Shown one piece after another: positions 24,561-37,764 of a stretch of 64,000 bases of DNA; position 1 is the stretch's first letter, and the number at the start of each line of letters is the position of its first letter. Source of the stretch: Rhynchobatus australiae (Eukaryota); contig JAUZTB010000064.1 in the NCBI GenBank assembly GCA_034780895.1, positions 80,413,994 to 80,477,993 of the forward strand, in the 5' to 3' direction. The notes beneath the pieces were generated by a model. It was given only the letters and a program-made list of their open reading frames with translations, had not been told where the DNA came from and made no database searches. Made by a program: the position numbers and the translations under genes.

Positions 24561-26534
24561 CCTTAAGTCAAAATCTTTTGTTTATGGGGTCATGAACTAC
24601 AGAGTCACCGCCCCCTCTTCTGTGACTCTGGCCTCAGCCTCTTCCCACTGTGAGAAAGTTCTGAATTTCCTCTCCACAGCTTTAGGTGCTGGCCAATGGC
24701 ATCTCATCACCCAAACCACCACTCCTGCCCATTTGATAGCCGCCACCTTCTGTGTTTGACTTGTGGCAACAGATGAGGTCTTGGGGTTTTGAGTACCCTG
24801 GAATCTGTGCTGATGAGAGTGCTTTGTACTCGCCTTGCCTCATCCACTGTGGACCAGAAGCTGTCACTTCACATGAGCTGACACTATTCAGTCACCAATA
24901 ATTTAACCACAACAGAGCAGCTACACTGACAGGTTACAGAAAGCTGTGCCCCTTTCATAGTTTCAGTGGCACACTCTTATTCAGGTAAAAGCAGCAATCT
25001 GACTTTTGAAGACTAGGTTTCAAGGTCAAGACATCTGAGAACTTTTAAATAAATGGATTGAGAGAGGAGCAGCTGAACTTGGCTGGAAGAGACTGCAATA
25101 TTTTCAAGGGTGTTAATTTGTGATGTGGAAGAAGATCAGGTTGAGCAACACGAACCTTCATCACCAACCTAAAATTAATCTTCAGAATTCAACAGCCTGG
25201 GAAGAAAAAATTTTATTTAGCTTAGAAGTCTGGTGATAAAGATTTTTCAGAGTTCCATTCACATATCCACAGTGTTTCTTCACAGGTCAATAAACAAGTA
25301 AATTGTTAGCAATGTTTCTTTGCATTTGAATTAAAGCTTAAGGTAATTTCCATGTTCCATCCAAAAATAATGCTGCAGTTTGTACAGGGTGACTGTATAT
25401 GGTTTCTCTTGAGGTTCAGTAACCAACTATTAGTTAGATTCCATCATTTAAATTGATTGGCAAATCCAATGAGTGTGGTAGATAACTTGAGGATAGATGT
25501 TGAGTTGGGCATAAACTCTGAACATACTTGATTCTTCAGCTGTCTTTTAGCAAATCATGTGAATGAAGCCACTCAATGCAACTTTGTGTGTAGAGCTGTT
25601 TCCTGGAGGCACGAATGGTTTGCATGCAGTTAGTGTGAACAATAACTGTGTCTTTACTTTTGGAGTCTTCCAGTAGTTGTTGCAGCAATAAATAGCCTGA
25701 AATCTTTCCAACACTGAATAGAGCTCTGGATTTGGAGTTTGAAAGTGCCCATGACAAGCAAACAAGTTATAATAAAAGGGGTGAGGCTGGTTGTTGACAC
25801 CTTCCAGTTGATCCTATGTGCATGGCTAAGTCTTCCAGCTGTTGGCTGGCATGGTTTAAAGGAAACAAGCTGTGAACTGATGCTTTGCTGGGTGGAGTCT
25901 TGATCACTTTAATCCAGCCCTCTGGATGGGAAATTAACATGCCATTTGTTTTCCAATCTGTGGCTTGCACCCAGACTTGAGGTAGCCCATAAAATGGGTG
26001 GATGATGTAATCCCTTCAGTCTCTCATTAGAGGTGGTGGGTTGTTAGGTTGACATTACTCCCACTAATGGTCAATCTCTTTTCAGAGAAAGGGAGAGGGA
26101 AAAATTGAACTGATAATAGTGTTGCTACCAAGTCAGTAATACAAAATATGAACATTTAAAATTTTGAAGGTAACATAATTTTCCAGCAAAAATAACAATC
26201 CTATTCTGCTGAAGTGAAATTAAATTTTCTGACAAAGTTTTAACCTACGCTTAATGAGAGTTCTCAGACATAAAGAAATATTTCACCTTGAGATTTTGTC
26301 TAACGTAGTTCTATTGTTCAACATTGACTTTGACAAGATACATGATGCAAATGATGCCCCATGAATTTGGCACTTATTTAATACTTGCATCCTACGTGCT
26401 CTTGAAATAAAGCCTCTGAATTCTTTTTCCTTTCCATTTGATATACCTAAATTAAGCACCAAATGTAGAATTAGGGTTAAGTGTCTGATCCAGGAATTGT
26501 TCGAGTTATTGAAATTGAATTTTTGATTCCTTCT

Positions 26535-26670
26535 AGAACATAGAATAGAGAACAGTACAGCACAGGAACAGGACCTTCAGCCAACGGTTTTGTGCCAAAC
26601 TAATTAAACTAGTAATTAAATGCCTAACTAAACTAGTCCCTTCTATCTACACAAGGTCTGTATCCCTCCA
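26535..26670 (-). mobile_element. CR1 3' terminus
   Basis: TAGAACATAGAA..GAACAGTACAGCACAGGAACAGG.CCTTCAGCC is the reversed CR1 tail. Confidence 0.65.
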
Positions 26671-27837
26671 TTATTTTCTTTATTCTCCTTCATTATAAGG
26701 TGGCTCATTGAAATCATTGGTACCAATTTGATTGGTAAATACAATGGATTTGGCACATTGTTTGATGGTGAACTAGAACACCTTTCTATTAGACCTTCAA
26801 GACCTGTGGGTTTAATTCTTCCTTAAGATGGAGTTATGACTTAATGTCATCACTGCAGTTCAAACCTGTCATGCCAGAAGCTTGCCGGAACATTCTCAGA
26901 GGAACCAATCGCTTCAAGAGTGCGTCATCATTACTATTCCAAAACCAAGGACGTGATTATTTTTCAGATCTACTGATGTTAATTTTCATTTCAAAGATGG
27001 ATTGAACCAGTGCTGGCTGACTAAATGTGCTATAGCAAGAAGCACCACCATTTTAAGTGAACCATTAAACCACGATGTACCAGAAAATGTAATCACTGCT
27101 CTGAACTGATTTATTTTCACCTTTTACTGCCCATTTTTGATTGAATTAAACCATAACACTTTGAATTACACAATTTTGTAATAGGTTTTAGCTGATCCAG
27201 AATGATTCATTTATGGGATGTGGGCATTGCTAACCATTCTTAACTGTCTCAAGAAGACAGCGACTAACCTTTTTGTATCAATGCTGTCCCACAGTGCTGT
27301 TGGCTGGGAGCCAGAGATGATGAAATGATGGTATATTTTCAAGTGAGGGTGCTGTGTGATTTGGAAGTGGTGGTATTTTCTTGTGCCCCTGTCCTCCTTT
27401 TTTAGGTGGTAGAAGTTACAGCTTCATGTGGTGGCCTTGGAGAAGCTTTGGTGAGTTGCTGCAGTACAGTTTATGCTGTAGCCTTGATGTGCCACTGGTA
27501 CAAGTGAATGTTTAAGATTCAGCATAGGATGAAAAGCATTGTCTTAGATGTTAGCAAGTTTCTTTAGCATTTAGTGCTGCATTCATTCAGGCAAGTGGAG
27601 AGTTTCCCACCACATTTCTTATTTGTGTCTTGTAGATGTGTAAATGCTTGAAGTCAGGCAGTGATTAACTAGCCTCATGATACCCATCCTCTGACTTGTT
27701 CTTACAGCCACAGTACTAACATGATTGGTCCTGTTAACTTTCTGGATGATGGTGATTACCAGCATGCTAGTAATTAGAGATCTAACAATGGTAAGACCAT
27801 TGGTAAATAAAGGGAGGTTGTTAGAATATGCCTTGGA

Positions 27838-28103
27838 TGGCAGCTAATTCCCTTCAACCATTCGGTTCTTGAACAAACTGTCACAACCCTAATCACTGGA
27901 GTTTAGCCACACTTTGATCACTTTGCACTGAAATGGACTTTGTTTACTTTTGCTCTAATTGTGCACTTGTAAAAAAATTATATTTAATTTGTGTTTTTCT
28001 TGTGAATACTGCTTGTATGATGCAATGTGCTTGTGATGCTACTGCAAGTAAGTATTTTCATTGCACCTGTGCATACATGTGCATATGACAAACTCTACTT
28101 TGA
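27838..28103 (+). mobile_element. Rex/Babar-type LINE 3' UTR
   Basis: TTCCCTTCAACCATTCGGTTCTTGAAC (FPSTIRFLN) followed by TGTGATGCT.CTGCAAGTAAG..TTTCATTGCACCTGTGCATAC. Same tail as 59808-59975. Confidence 0.65.
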
Positions 28104-28414
28104 ATGTTATTTCCAACATACCCTTCCAATCCTGAATGCTGTCTAAGTCTTACTATATATATATATATATGTTGGTGCAGCCTATCTGAGTTGCTGTGAA
28201 TGGAAAATCCTCACTTTGTGAACTTATCAAAGATGGGAAGCTTGATGAAGCAGCTGAAAGTAGCTGGATTTTAGAACAGCAGAACAAACCTATCCCAGCC
28301 ACTTATCAGCCTCAGTCAACTTTCAATTGGTGAAGTGATGGAAGGTATCATTGACAATGCAATCAAGCAGCACTTATTCACCAGTATCTTGTTCATTGAT
28401 GCTCATTTTGGGTT

Positions 28415-28647
28415 AATTTTTTAAATTTTATTTAGTGTGGTAACAGGCCCTTCCGGTGCAATGAGTCCACACCGCCCATTTTAACCCCCCCAAGTTAACC
28501 TACTCATACCATACATCTTTGACATGTGGGAGGAAACTGGAGCACCCGGAGGAAACCCACACAGACATGGGAGAATGTACAAACCTTACAGGCAGCAGCG
28601 GGAATTGAACCTGGGTCGCTGGTGCTGTAATAGCGTCACGCTAACCA
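28415..28647 (-). mobile_element. V-SINE (HE1-like)
   Basis: Same structure as 6318-6564. Confidence 0.8.
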
Positions 28648-30669
28648 CTATGCTACCGTGCTGCACCATTCCCTTAGGGTCACCCAGCTGCGGGAGATGG
28701 CAGCCTGAGGAACTGCTGCAGCGATCCTGGGATCCTGCAGCTGTCTCCTGGGTCTGGGATGACCGGCCTCCAACTCTCCAGTGCCTTTCTTTTCACAAGG
28801 TTAACTCTCTAGGCACTGGAGAGAGTGCTATCTAATTCCCATTGCCTTCATTTTCTCCAGGGCTGCCTAATGTTTCGCTTGGTCAAATGCCACCTTTGAG
28901 GTCAAGGGCAGTCACTCCCACTTCATCTTGGGTATTCAAATCTCTGCCTTCTAATTACTTTATAGCCCCTGTATTGAGCTGGGTTGCCATATGAGAACCC
29001 ACAGGAAACCCCATCAATGAGCAGGATATTGGTGAATAAGTGCTGCTTGTTTGCACTTGTCACGGTTGAGGGGTGGTAATTAGCTGGGATGGATTTGTCC
29101 TGCTTTTAGTGGAATCAGCCTATCTGGCTGATTTTCATTTTGCTAGGCAGATGCTCCTGCTGTAGCTGTAATTGTACAGCTTGGCTGGAGGTGCGGCTGA
29201 TATGGAGCACAGGAGCTCAGCTTTGCAGCCAGGATGTTGTCAGAGCTGTTTCCAGTGCTCTACACTAGCTCCTGATGCAGCTTGGATGAATCAGTTTGGG
29301 TGGTCTAGTTTCAGGTGGAGTCCAATACAGATCATCCATCCAATGTTTAGGGTTGAAAGCTTTTGCCAACTCTTTAGCCTTAACTTTTCCAGTCGCACAC
29401 TGGATTCTGGTGAGGGTGGGATGTTTGAAAGCTTCCTCCTCTTAGCTGTATAATTGTTCATCATTTTCAACCAGATGCAGCAGGACCAGAGATGGGAGCT
29501 GATGCTTTAGTTGTGGGATCACTCAGCTATGTCCAAAACGTGCTGCTTCCCTTGTTTTGTGTGCTTTCAGTCTGGCCTTGTAGCTTTGCCAGGTTGGTAC
29601 AGCTGGTGTTGCTTCTGGAGTGCTTTTGCACACTCCTCAGTGAGTTGGCTTCTGGGTTACCAGTGAAGCAAAGGCTATGCCAGGCTCTGATTACAGACCC
29701 ATGGTAGAATGCTACTAACTCATGAATGCCCAGATTTCAGCTGCCAGATCTGTCTGATTGTATCCCATTTAGCATTCTGGCAGAGACCATTCTCAATTGC
29801 AAAGATAAGATATTGACCTCCCAAAGGCTGTCTGATCATCCCTCTAACCCACACTATGAAAATATCACCATCATTGGCACTTTCTGACCAATTACATAAA
29901 TGTACAATGAATCAGATTATCTACTTTCCCATTTTTATCTTAATTGATGATTTAGATTATGTTCCTCAAGATGATGATTATTATTGTCTAAATATCCTAA
30001 AATAAGTCACATTCTCCAGTGTAACCACAAATGAAGTATTTTATTCATTTGGATGGTGGTTAATACCAGTTTGTCAATTCCTCGACTATTTCCTGGTGCA
30101 TATTTGACCTGGGTTAATAATGGCATGGAGGAAGTAAATTTTCAAGTAAAACACACCAGTCGCAGAAGAGATGGAGTGAGTTTTATTTAACTATGTGGTC
30201 TCCTTATAGTATGTTACTAAATTTCTGATTTATGAAGACGGTGCTGTTATTATCCCAAATATTGGAACTATCCAGGAAGTCTGCCAAGATGTTTGGGTTG
30301 AGACACATTTCAGTTGTTAATTGAGCACCCAGTGTGAAGTGCCTTGACTCCGGCAGTATCATATATACTATTGAGGTACAGAGTCAGCTGGCAGCCTCAG
30401 ATCTGGTTGCTGCGTTTCGGCAACATCAAAATTAATGATGGTCATTCAGAAATGTTTGGCATGTTACCAAATGCTGTGTGCGCCACCAAGAAGCTGTGAT
30501 GAATGGAAGCAGGATATTAGCTCTAGTGTTTGTAGTCATTGCTCAGTCAGATGTCAGACTTTGCCTTCTCTCAGGGGTAATTAAAAGAAGTTTATATAAC
30601 TAAAGGAAAGAATGAAAAATGCATTATTCTTAAGAGATAATTTCATGCAATTTTTTCATCGTTAAAGAA

Positions 30670-30895
30670 AGTTGTTACATTTACATGCCCTTAGGGTGTT
30701 TAGTAGCAGTCTGAATTGTTTTTAAAACATAGTGGCCAATTTGCACACAGCTTGGTCCCAGGCACAAGGGCAATTAAATTGTTTTGTTTTTGGTGAAAAG
30801 TAGGTTAGCCAGCCAACCTCCTGCTAATCTACCATGAGAGTTCTTTGCACCTGAAAAGAATGTCAGTTTAAATCTCACTAGAAATCCAGCACCCA
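30670..30895 (-). mobile_element. Degenerate DeuSINE
   Basis: AAACATAGTGGCCAATTTGCACACAGC and CACCTGA..CAGTTTAAATCTCA landmarks. Confidence 0.45.
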
Positions 30896-31427
30896 TTCAG
30901 TTACAGCCTTTTCCTATCAGTTTAAGCAATACATTGAAATTCTTGTCACTAAGCAAAGCATCCAGTAACATCACAATGCTGTCTCATCTTGTACAGTTTT
31001 CTCAAATTCACCTGTTTTGTTTTCCTGGTTGCAGGCAAACCTTTCACAGCACAAGGCAGAAATTGTCAATGTTGATATGCTGACCTCCTTTGGCTATATA
31101 AATCATTCATCATCCTTCCAAAAAGTTCAAGATCCACTCCAGGACTTCCCTTGTCATCTTTGCTGCCATCTCACAGAAATACCATTTAATGAGCATAAAC
31201 AGCATCTGAAAGTTATGATGCTGAGGGGAAAAATGCAACCACTTCCCTTCCCCCAATTCTCCCATTACCCCCAAGCGATGGAGTACAGCCCTGCACTGTT
31301 GTGGATTTGTATGTGCGTAAGCTAAATTAATTCATTTACTTTTAGTGTTGCTAGTACTACATTGAGGGTTCTCACATAAGCTCACCTAATGGGAAATGTA
31401 ACTACCTTTAGTATACAGCATTAACAA

Positions 31428-31730
31428 ATTTAAAACATAGAAACAGGCTATTCAGTCCATCAAATCCACGCTAGTGTTTCTTTTGCACATCAGCCTCCTC
31501 TCCAACTTTTTTCATTCAACACCATTGTCATATCCCTTTAGTTCTTTCTCTCCCATGTATTTATCTAACTTTCCCATAAATCAATCCATGATAATTCAGT
31601 TCGGAGGTTCCCTTTGCCAGCAAGTTCCACATTCCAAATACTCCTTGGAATTTCCTGCTGGATCTGTTAGTGAACATTTTATATTTTTAGCCTCCTTGTC
31701 CTGTGAATACTACCTCTAGCAAGCCCTGTA
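31428..31730 (-). mobile_element. CR1-like 3' end
   Basis: ATAGAAACAGGCTATTCAGTCCATC tail, then TATTTATCTAACTTTCCC..AAGTTCCACATTC. Confidence 0.45.
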
Positions 31731-32597
31731 ATAATCATGTTTGAGAACTCATTGGAAATCTGCAGAAGACAAATTGTGATGATATAATGCAGTAGAAACT
31801 AACATACAAGAATTAGGCATTACAACTTATTACTCATCGGTACTAAATTCCAGGAAAGATAAAATCTATTTAGAGCAAAACAAAGTGACTGATTAGACCT
31901 TTAATTTGAATGATGGTTAATAGTTTTCAAATACAAGTACAAGTTACAACCAAATGAAATGGGAAGAGAAAGTATATTTAAGATTGTAATTTCACTGTTA
32001 TTGAGGCATTCCTTTCTTAATTGGAATCTATACAACTATTTAAGAGATCCTTGTCCATTTTGATTAAAATAACTTTCTGGATTCTTGTTATACCTATGAA
32101 TACAGAATAATGGCAGTAAAAATTTGGAAACTTCTACTTGGTATTCATTGACAACTTTAAACTGAGGTCAGGTGTGATACAAGTCAGACTCGGTGCATAA
32201 TGCTGCCTTAATCTCATCTGAGAGCCTACAAACACCTACTTCAGAAGTGCTTCCCTTTACATGACACTGATTTCCCACACTTACTAACTTTGACCTCTCT
32301 GCAGGAGACAGTTGAAGAACTGCCATTGTGGTTAAATTTAACAGTAGTTTGTTGCTACATCTCGTGGCCAACTGGCTAGAGATGGCTTGATCATGTTCAC
32401 ATACAACCCTAAATCATTTCAGAGGAGACAGAGGCCTAGCCTACATTTGGGAGTGATATCTGAACCCAGGCCACAGACATGGCAGAATAGACCTCTAGTT
32501 CACTATGCTGAATAGTAAGATTGAGTAGATTTTCTTTCATAGTAAAGCAAAGGAAATATGCAATTTTGATTAATTTAATTGCAAGTTTGGAATCTTG

Positions 32598-32780
32598 GAA
32601 TTGTAATTGGTTTATTATTGTCACTTGTACCAAGGTACAGTGAAAAACTTGCCTTGCATACCATTCATACAGATCAATTCATTACACAGTGCACTGAGGT
32701 AGTACATAGTAAAACAATACAGAATGCAACATGAAGTGTAATGGCTACAGAGAAAGTTCAATGCAGGTAGACAATGTCAA
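32598..32780 (-). mobile_element. LINE 3' UTR (Rex/Babar-type tail)
   Basis: TTGGTTTATTATTGTCACTTGTACCAAGGTACAGTGAAAAACTTG...GTGTAATGGCTACAGAGAAAG. Confidence 0.55.
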
Positions 32781-33960
32781 GTTAAAGTAAAATATAATTC
32801 ATTCCTACTTTGCTTTCAGGTGAGTTGATCAAATTAGCTAAAAAGATTTTGGGACATATGTGAAATTCATTGATTAAAATCGATAAGCCATTGCTCTCCC
32901 AGCTGAGAGAAGCAAATGAATAGAATCAGGTACAAAGTCACAAGACAACTGAGCAATTAAAATAATGAATTCAACTAGACAGATACCTCCCTTTTAAAGT
33001 ATAGAACCCTAAACAAAGTGCACATTGTTGGACACGATTCCACTATGATACAAAGAAATAAAAATCAGCAAAAATCCCAATATAAATGGGATTTTGGGCT
33101 TAAGATCTTTGAGAATATTGTTACTGTAAATTACCCCAATGTTAAAGGCAAATAGAATCCAAAGAGGCTTTGATGGCATGTGTGAGAATAAGTTGCAAAT
33201 GTACAGGGAAATGAGGGGAATGGGACTAATAATGTTGGTCCCCTAGGAGCTAGCATGGGTCTGAGCTGAATGGCCTCTGAGTCATTGAGATAAGATGTAA
33301 GGTAGGTGCCAGAGTTGTAAATTTTACAAATTGGATTAAATTTTTAATGAAGAAACAAATTAAGAGCAATTCAGTTGGAAGCAATAATTTGATTTAGTAT
33401 GTCATTTTTAGTAAATGTTGTTTGCCCAGCGGGTAGTCCTCAAATCACCAGTTGTTTTGTTACATTCAATGTCACGTGAGTTATATTCTGTTAAAATAAC
33501 TGAGGGTCCAAGCAACCTTATCTGCTTATTAACTCAGCATAGTGATAACAGCAGGAAGAATTGTTTCTACCTTTTTACACTGTTAATGGTGGATGTTGTG
33601 CCACAGACATCCAAAGAAATTCAAGGTGATGTAATTAAATATGGGGAGGGCTGCAACTTCAGCAACTCATGGGGCCATGTCAATACTACAGCTGATTTCT
33701 CTGCAGTGATAACCTATGAGGTCAAAAAAACTTTGAAAAAATGTGGGGACCAACAATCGCAGCAGCCACTTGGCACGTTCCTATTTTGTTTTCACACAGC
33801 AACAGCTGGCTTGTATTGAAACCACAAGCTGTTGATAAAGGCTTTGTTAATCTAACCAGTATCTAAAAAGTCTATGGAATTTGCAGCAAAAATTGCTACT
33901 TAGAATACTAATGTGGCTTGCTTTATTTTTTGCCATTGATTGCATTTCAAACCAAGAAGC

Positions 33961-34013
33961 TGGCCCTTCAAGGTAGAGATGGCCCTTCAAGGTAGAGATG
34001 GCCCTTCAAGGTA
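33961..34013. repeat. Perfect 19-bp tandem repeat, about 2.8 copies
   Basis: TGGCCCTTCAAGGTAGAGA twice, plus TGGCCCTTCAAGGTA. Confidence 0.95.
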
Positions 34014-34029
34014 CTGAACAGAAGTTCAG

Positions 34030-34362
34030 TCACTGGACTGGTATTGAAAAGCCCAGGTTCTCAGAGCAAAGGGATGAGTTTGAACTCCACCAAGGCAGCC
34101 GGAGAATTTAAATTCAAGAAATTCAATAAATCTGGAATTAAGTGACAATACCAATAATTGTTATCGTGAAACTACAGGATTACTATAAAAACCTATCTGG
34201 TTCACTAAGTCCACCATTCTTCCCTGATCTGAGTCCAGACCCACAACAATATGGTTGACTCTTGTATATCCTCTGAAATGACCTAGTGAGCCATTCAGCT
34301 GAAAGGCAATTACTAAAAACATTGCCTCCCAGCAATCCTTCATCCTGTGAATTACCAAAAAG
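34030..34362 (+). mobile_element. tRNA-headed SINE with CR1-group tail
   Basis: GTCACTGGACTGGTA..GAGTTTGAACTCCACCAAGGCAG head and CCAGACCCACAACAATATGGTTGACTCTT body. Inverse of 4022-4350. Confidence 0.6.
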
Positions 34363-35829
34363 ACTTAGACCTTTTGTATGTCACATCCACTACAGGAGTT
34401 TACGACCAGATGATGTTTATAAGTCGTGTGGTGGAGTTGTTTTTAACTCCTGAAAGTAGAAGGGTTTGGAAACAGGGATGCAAAATGTACTAAAAGTGAG
34501 AGTGCATTGCAACCTGACACTAACTTCCTGACTTCTCCATTTAACCCAAGCATATTAGGCTGCGTGCAAGTGATACCCTCTCAGGAGAGGCAATTTGGTG
34601 AGTTCAGGTGTTAATTGCTTATTAAGAATGATACTGAAGGAGCCTGCTGTCTTGATTTGAGAATGCATAGGTTTCCTGAGCTTCCTTGAAAACAAGGTGG
34701 GAGCACAGCAGTTTTGGATGAGGCTGAAGAGATAACAGGCAAATCTGCCAATAAACCCTGCAGCCTCACAGCTGCTTTCTTGTGTGACTCAGTGCAAGGC
34801 CTTCAGAGAAGAAATGCTTATTGTTTCAGGTTCTAATTTTAAGTGGGTCTAGTCCAAGCCTATTGATTTGATTTTCATGCTAATTTTTATTTTCTAAAAG
34901 GCCCACTTTTGTGGTAATCTATTGAGTTCCATTCTTCTCATTTTACTGGGGCAAGAGTGAAATTACCCTTCAATGTATTCACTTCACAGTGATGCCCTGT
35001 AAATTTACTGAGCAGTTTCGCCTTTGCAGTTGGGTAACAAGAAAGAAAAGAGGGATAATTTAAATTTATCAAGTACTCAGTTAATCTTAATTGCAAATCA
35101 AAGACCTACAGAAGTTGTGCTAAGAGATTACTCAGAAAATTTTGGAGTTTATAATCTATGGTACACTTTTGAAGCTTTATACAGCCAAATTAGCACAGGT
35201 ATTTTGCACACTACCAAATTTTGGGATCCAGAAGGGGACAGGAATGAAAGAACACCATCCATCTACCCTCTACTGTTGCATAGGACAGAGAATGATAGTG
35301 AGAGACATTACCCAAAACACAAGATGTTCAAATAGGGGAAAAGCTTCCTCACAATTTCTAATAGGAAATCCCTCAAGCATTTTGAGCAGTGGAGACTGAC
35401 TGTTTCAGCCACATGGAGTAACGGTTGATACCTACTGAATGTGATGGCTGTGCCCTACTGATGCCTGTTAAAACAGCCGTTGCCCTCAAGTTCTTTGCCT
35501 CAGGATTATTTCAGGGCTGGCCAGAGATTTGGTGAGGGTTCTGCAGTTGGCAGGACACAATCTGACTGGTGGCTTTTTTGTCGGTGGCAAATTACATCAG
35601 CTTTGCCATCAATGAAGCCAATCAGAACAAAGATGTCTGCTGTTCCAACAGGTGTGGGGAGCACTGCACACTTGAAGTATTCAGGTACCCCAGTTCATTT
35701 GGGAATGGTGTGCAAGCACTCATTGAGGGCTGGCATGTAGTCCCACAGATGACATGACTAATGCCCCATTGCTAATTTTGTTTTTGATATTTGTTTATCA
35801 GGGCTAGGCATCTTTTGCAAGTTATCTGA

Positions 35830-35985
35830 ATAAAATGAGAAATGATGGGAATACTCAGGAAGTCAGGCTGCATCTATGGAGAGGGCAGACTCATTCACAC
35901 TTCAGATATGACCCTTTGTTACAACTTACCTGTCCTCCCCACAGACATTGCCTGACATTCCCAGCATTTTCTATGAACATCTGCG
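35830..35985. mobile_element. Degenerate fold-back Penelope terminal-repeat element
   Basis: GGGAATACTCAGGAAGTCAGGCTGCATCTATGG versus CCACAGACATTGCCTGACATTCCCAGCATTTTCT. Confidence 0.55.
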
Positions 35986-36259
35986 TTGTGCAGCAAAGTA
36001 TGTGTCATATCAGTCTCTTTGCCTCTGAGTGGATTTGCTTAACAATCATGTATTTTCCACTCAAAATGATCTGCTCAGGATACCACAAACATGTCTGCAC
36101 TGTCTTCAGTCAAGCTGATGGACCAGCATTAAGTAGGTAACCTGACCATTTTAAAAGGTTTTGCAGGGCCATCTGCGTAGTGTCATTTATGTATTCTGGT
36201 TTGACCTTGGGAGAACAATTTCTCTCATTCCAAAAGTTCCTCACCTGTTAGACAAAGCA

Positions 36260-36830
36260 TTCAGCCCGGTGACCAGTTGCGGGTCATGGAAGTTCTGCTC
36301 ACTGCTACAGTCAGATCTGCAGCCATTGTCCACAGCACCTCAGCTCTGTGTCCCAGAAGATGACCACGACATAAACCTTTATGCTGGAGGCTCATTCCAG
36401 GGAGTCATGGGATATTTGTCAGATCATACAATTGTCTTTGCTTCTCTCTGTCAAGTACCCTTTTTGAGATGGCACTTTTATGTTTTGAGGACCTCAGACT
36501 CATCTATCCTTTCTTCACACAGCTAGCCATCCCATCCAAATCTGGATCCATGACATTATCTTTAGTGCAGATTAGAAAACAAACATCAACACTCCTTCCA
36601 TCAAATGCAATGGGAGCAGGATTGCCCTAACAATGATTAGCAGAAAAACAAAATGACAGTGGTCCTTAACCCCATGGATGATAGTCCATGAAGTGCAATC
36701 AGTTCTTCTGAGATGCTTCCTGTACCTTTCTTAATCTGATTGACAATGGCTTGTCCAGACAGCAGACCAAGATTAGTTTATTCTGCGCAGCCACAGATGA
36801 GTGAACTGCAAGGGTTTCCCTTGATTTGTG
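36260..36830 (+). mobile_element. Decayed Harbinger (HARBI1-like) transposase fragment
   Basis: ORF 36161-36526 contains CSLLQSDLQP and NLYAGGSFQGVMG. GTGAACTGCAAGGGTTTC (VNCKGF, compare the NRKGF motif) lies at about 36801. Confidence 0.6.
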
Positions 36831-37764
36831 GGGGAGATTTACAGATGCTCCTGCAGGTATTACTGTTCAGATCAAACTTCTTGTTATTTCATAGCAGACA
36901 GTCCACAACTGTCCCAACCAAGTTTGGAGAGGCCTTGCAGAATGTATTGATAATCTGTTAGTATCTTTCCTTTTGCACAGGACACCTACAATCATCACCA
37001 TCTCCTATGTAACTCAGGCCCAGCTTCAAATCTCCATGTTGACTCATTGCATCTCACCATATGTCTGTTCCCCACCTGCCTTATTTGGTTCCCTGCATGT
37101 GCATGCCTCTGAGTGCAGGAGAGAGGGTCAATGATGGAGAGGGTAGTGATTATAGGTGTTGCCTGAAGTAAAGGAGACTGCAAGACCTTGTTCTTCTGAG
37201 ATGGTCTCTGATATATCCTGCCCTGAAGTGTTTGGAGAAAAAATTAGTGCACTTTACTTTGCAACTTCAAATGGCCAATTGCAAGAAAGATCTCATCTGA
37301 TGAAGAGATAAAAGTATACAGTGAACCATTTTTAAATAAATAGCATGTATTCCTATGAGCCTACTGAAACCACGAACCTTCCCACATTTCCACTCCCAAT
37401 TAGCAAACCAGAATTGAAGCTGATTAATGCTATTGTTTCACTTTCACAATCTATTAAACTCTCCATGTTAAACTTTCCTGCACTGGTGGTTGATAATTGT
37501 GTGCTATTTTTCTGTGGATCATTGAATCTGAAATACTGAGCATGATTTTGGCAGGCAAAAACTCTTGGCAAAACTGCCAATTAGAAATTGTCTCAGCAGG
37601 ATACTGAAGTGGTAATCATTAATGATATAGTGTTAAATAGGTTTCTGCTAACCAACAAAATTGAAATAATACTATTTTGTAAGATAGTTATTGCAGAAGT
37701 GACAACCACTAAATGTTATAAACCATCTAAAAAGATATTGGAATTAACTTAAAATCTTTCAAGT

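Larger units (their letters stand above)
27200..29830 (-). mobile_element. CR1-group LINE (3' about 2 kb) carrying nested insertions
   Basis: Tail ATTCATTTATGGGATGTGGGCATTGC. RT-region blocks at 28185-28270, 28700-28790 and 28860-29800 (e.g. KQHLFTNILLID on the minus strand). Confidence 0.6.

Noticed and set aside
31017-31325. ORF with acceptor- and donor-like ends
   Set aside because: The peptide is unrecognisable, the donor context is weak and there are no partner exons.
33961-34013. CRISPR-like repeat array
   Set aside because: There are no spacers; it is a simple tandem repeat in a eukaryotic genome.
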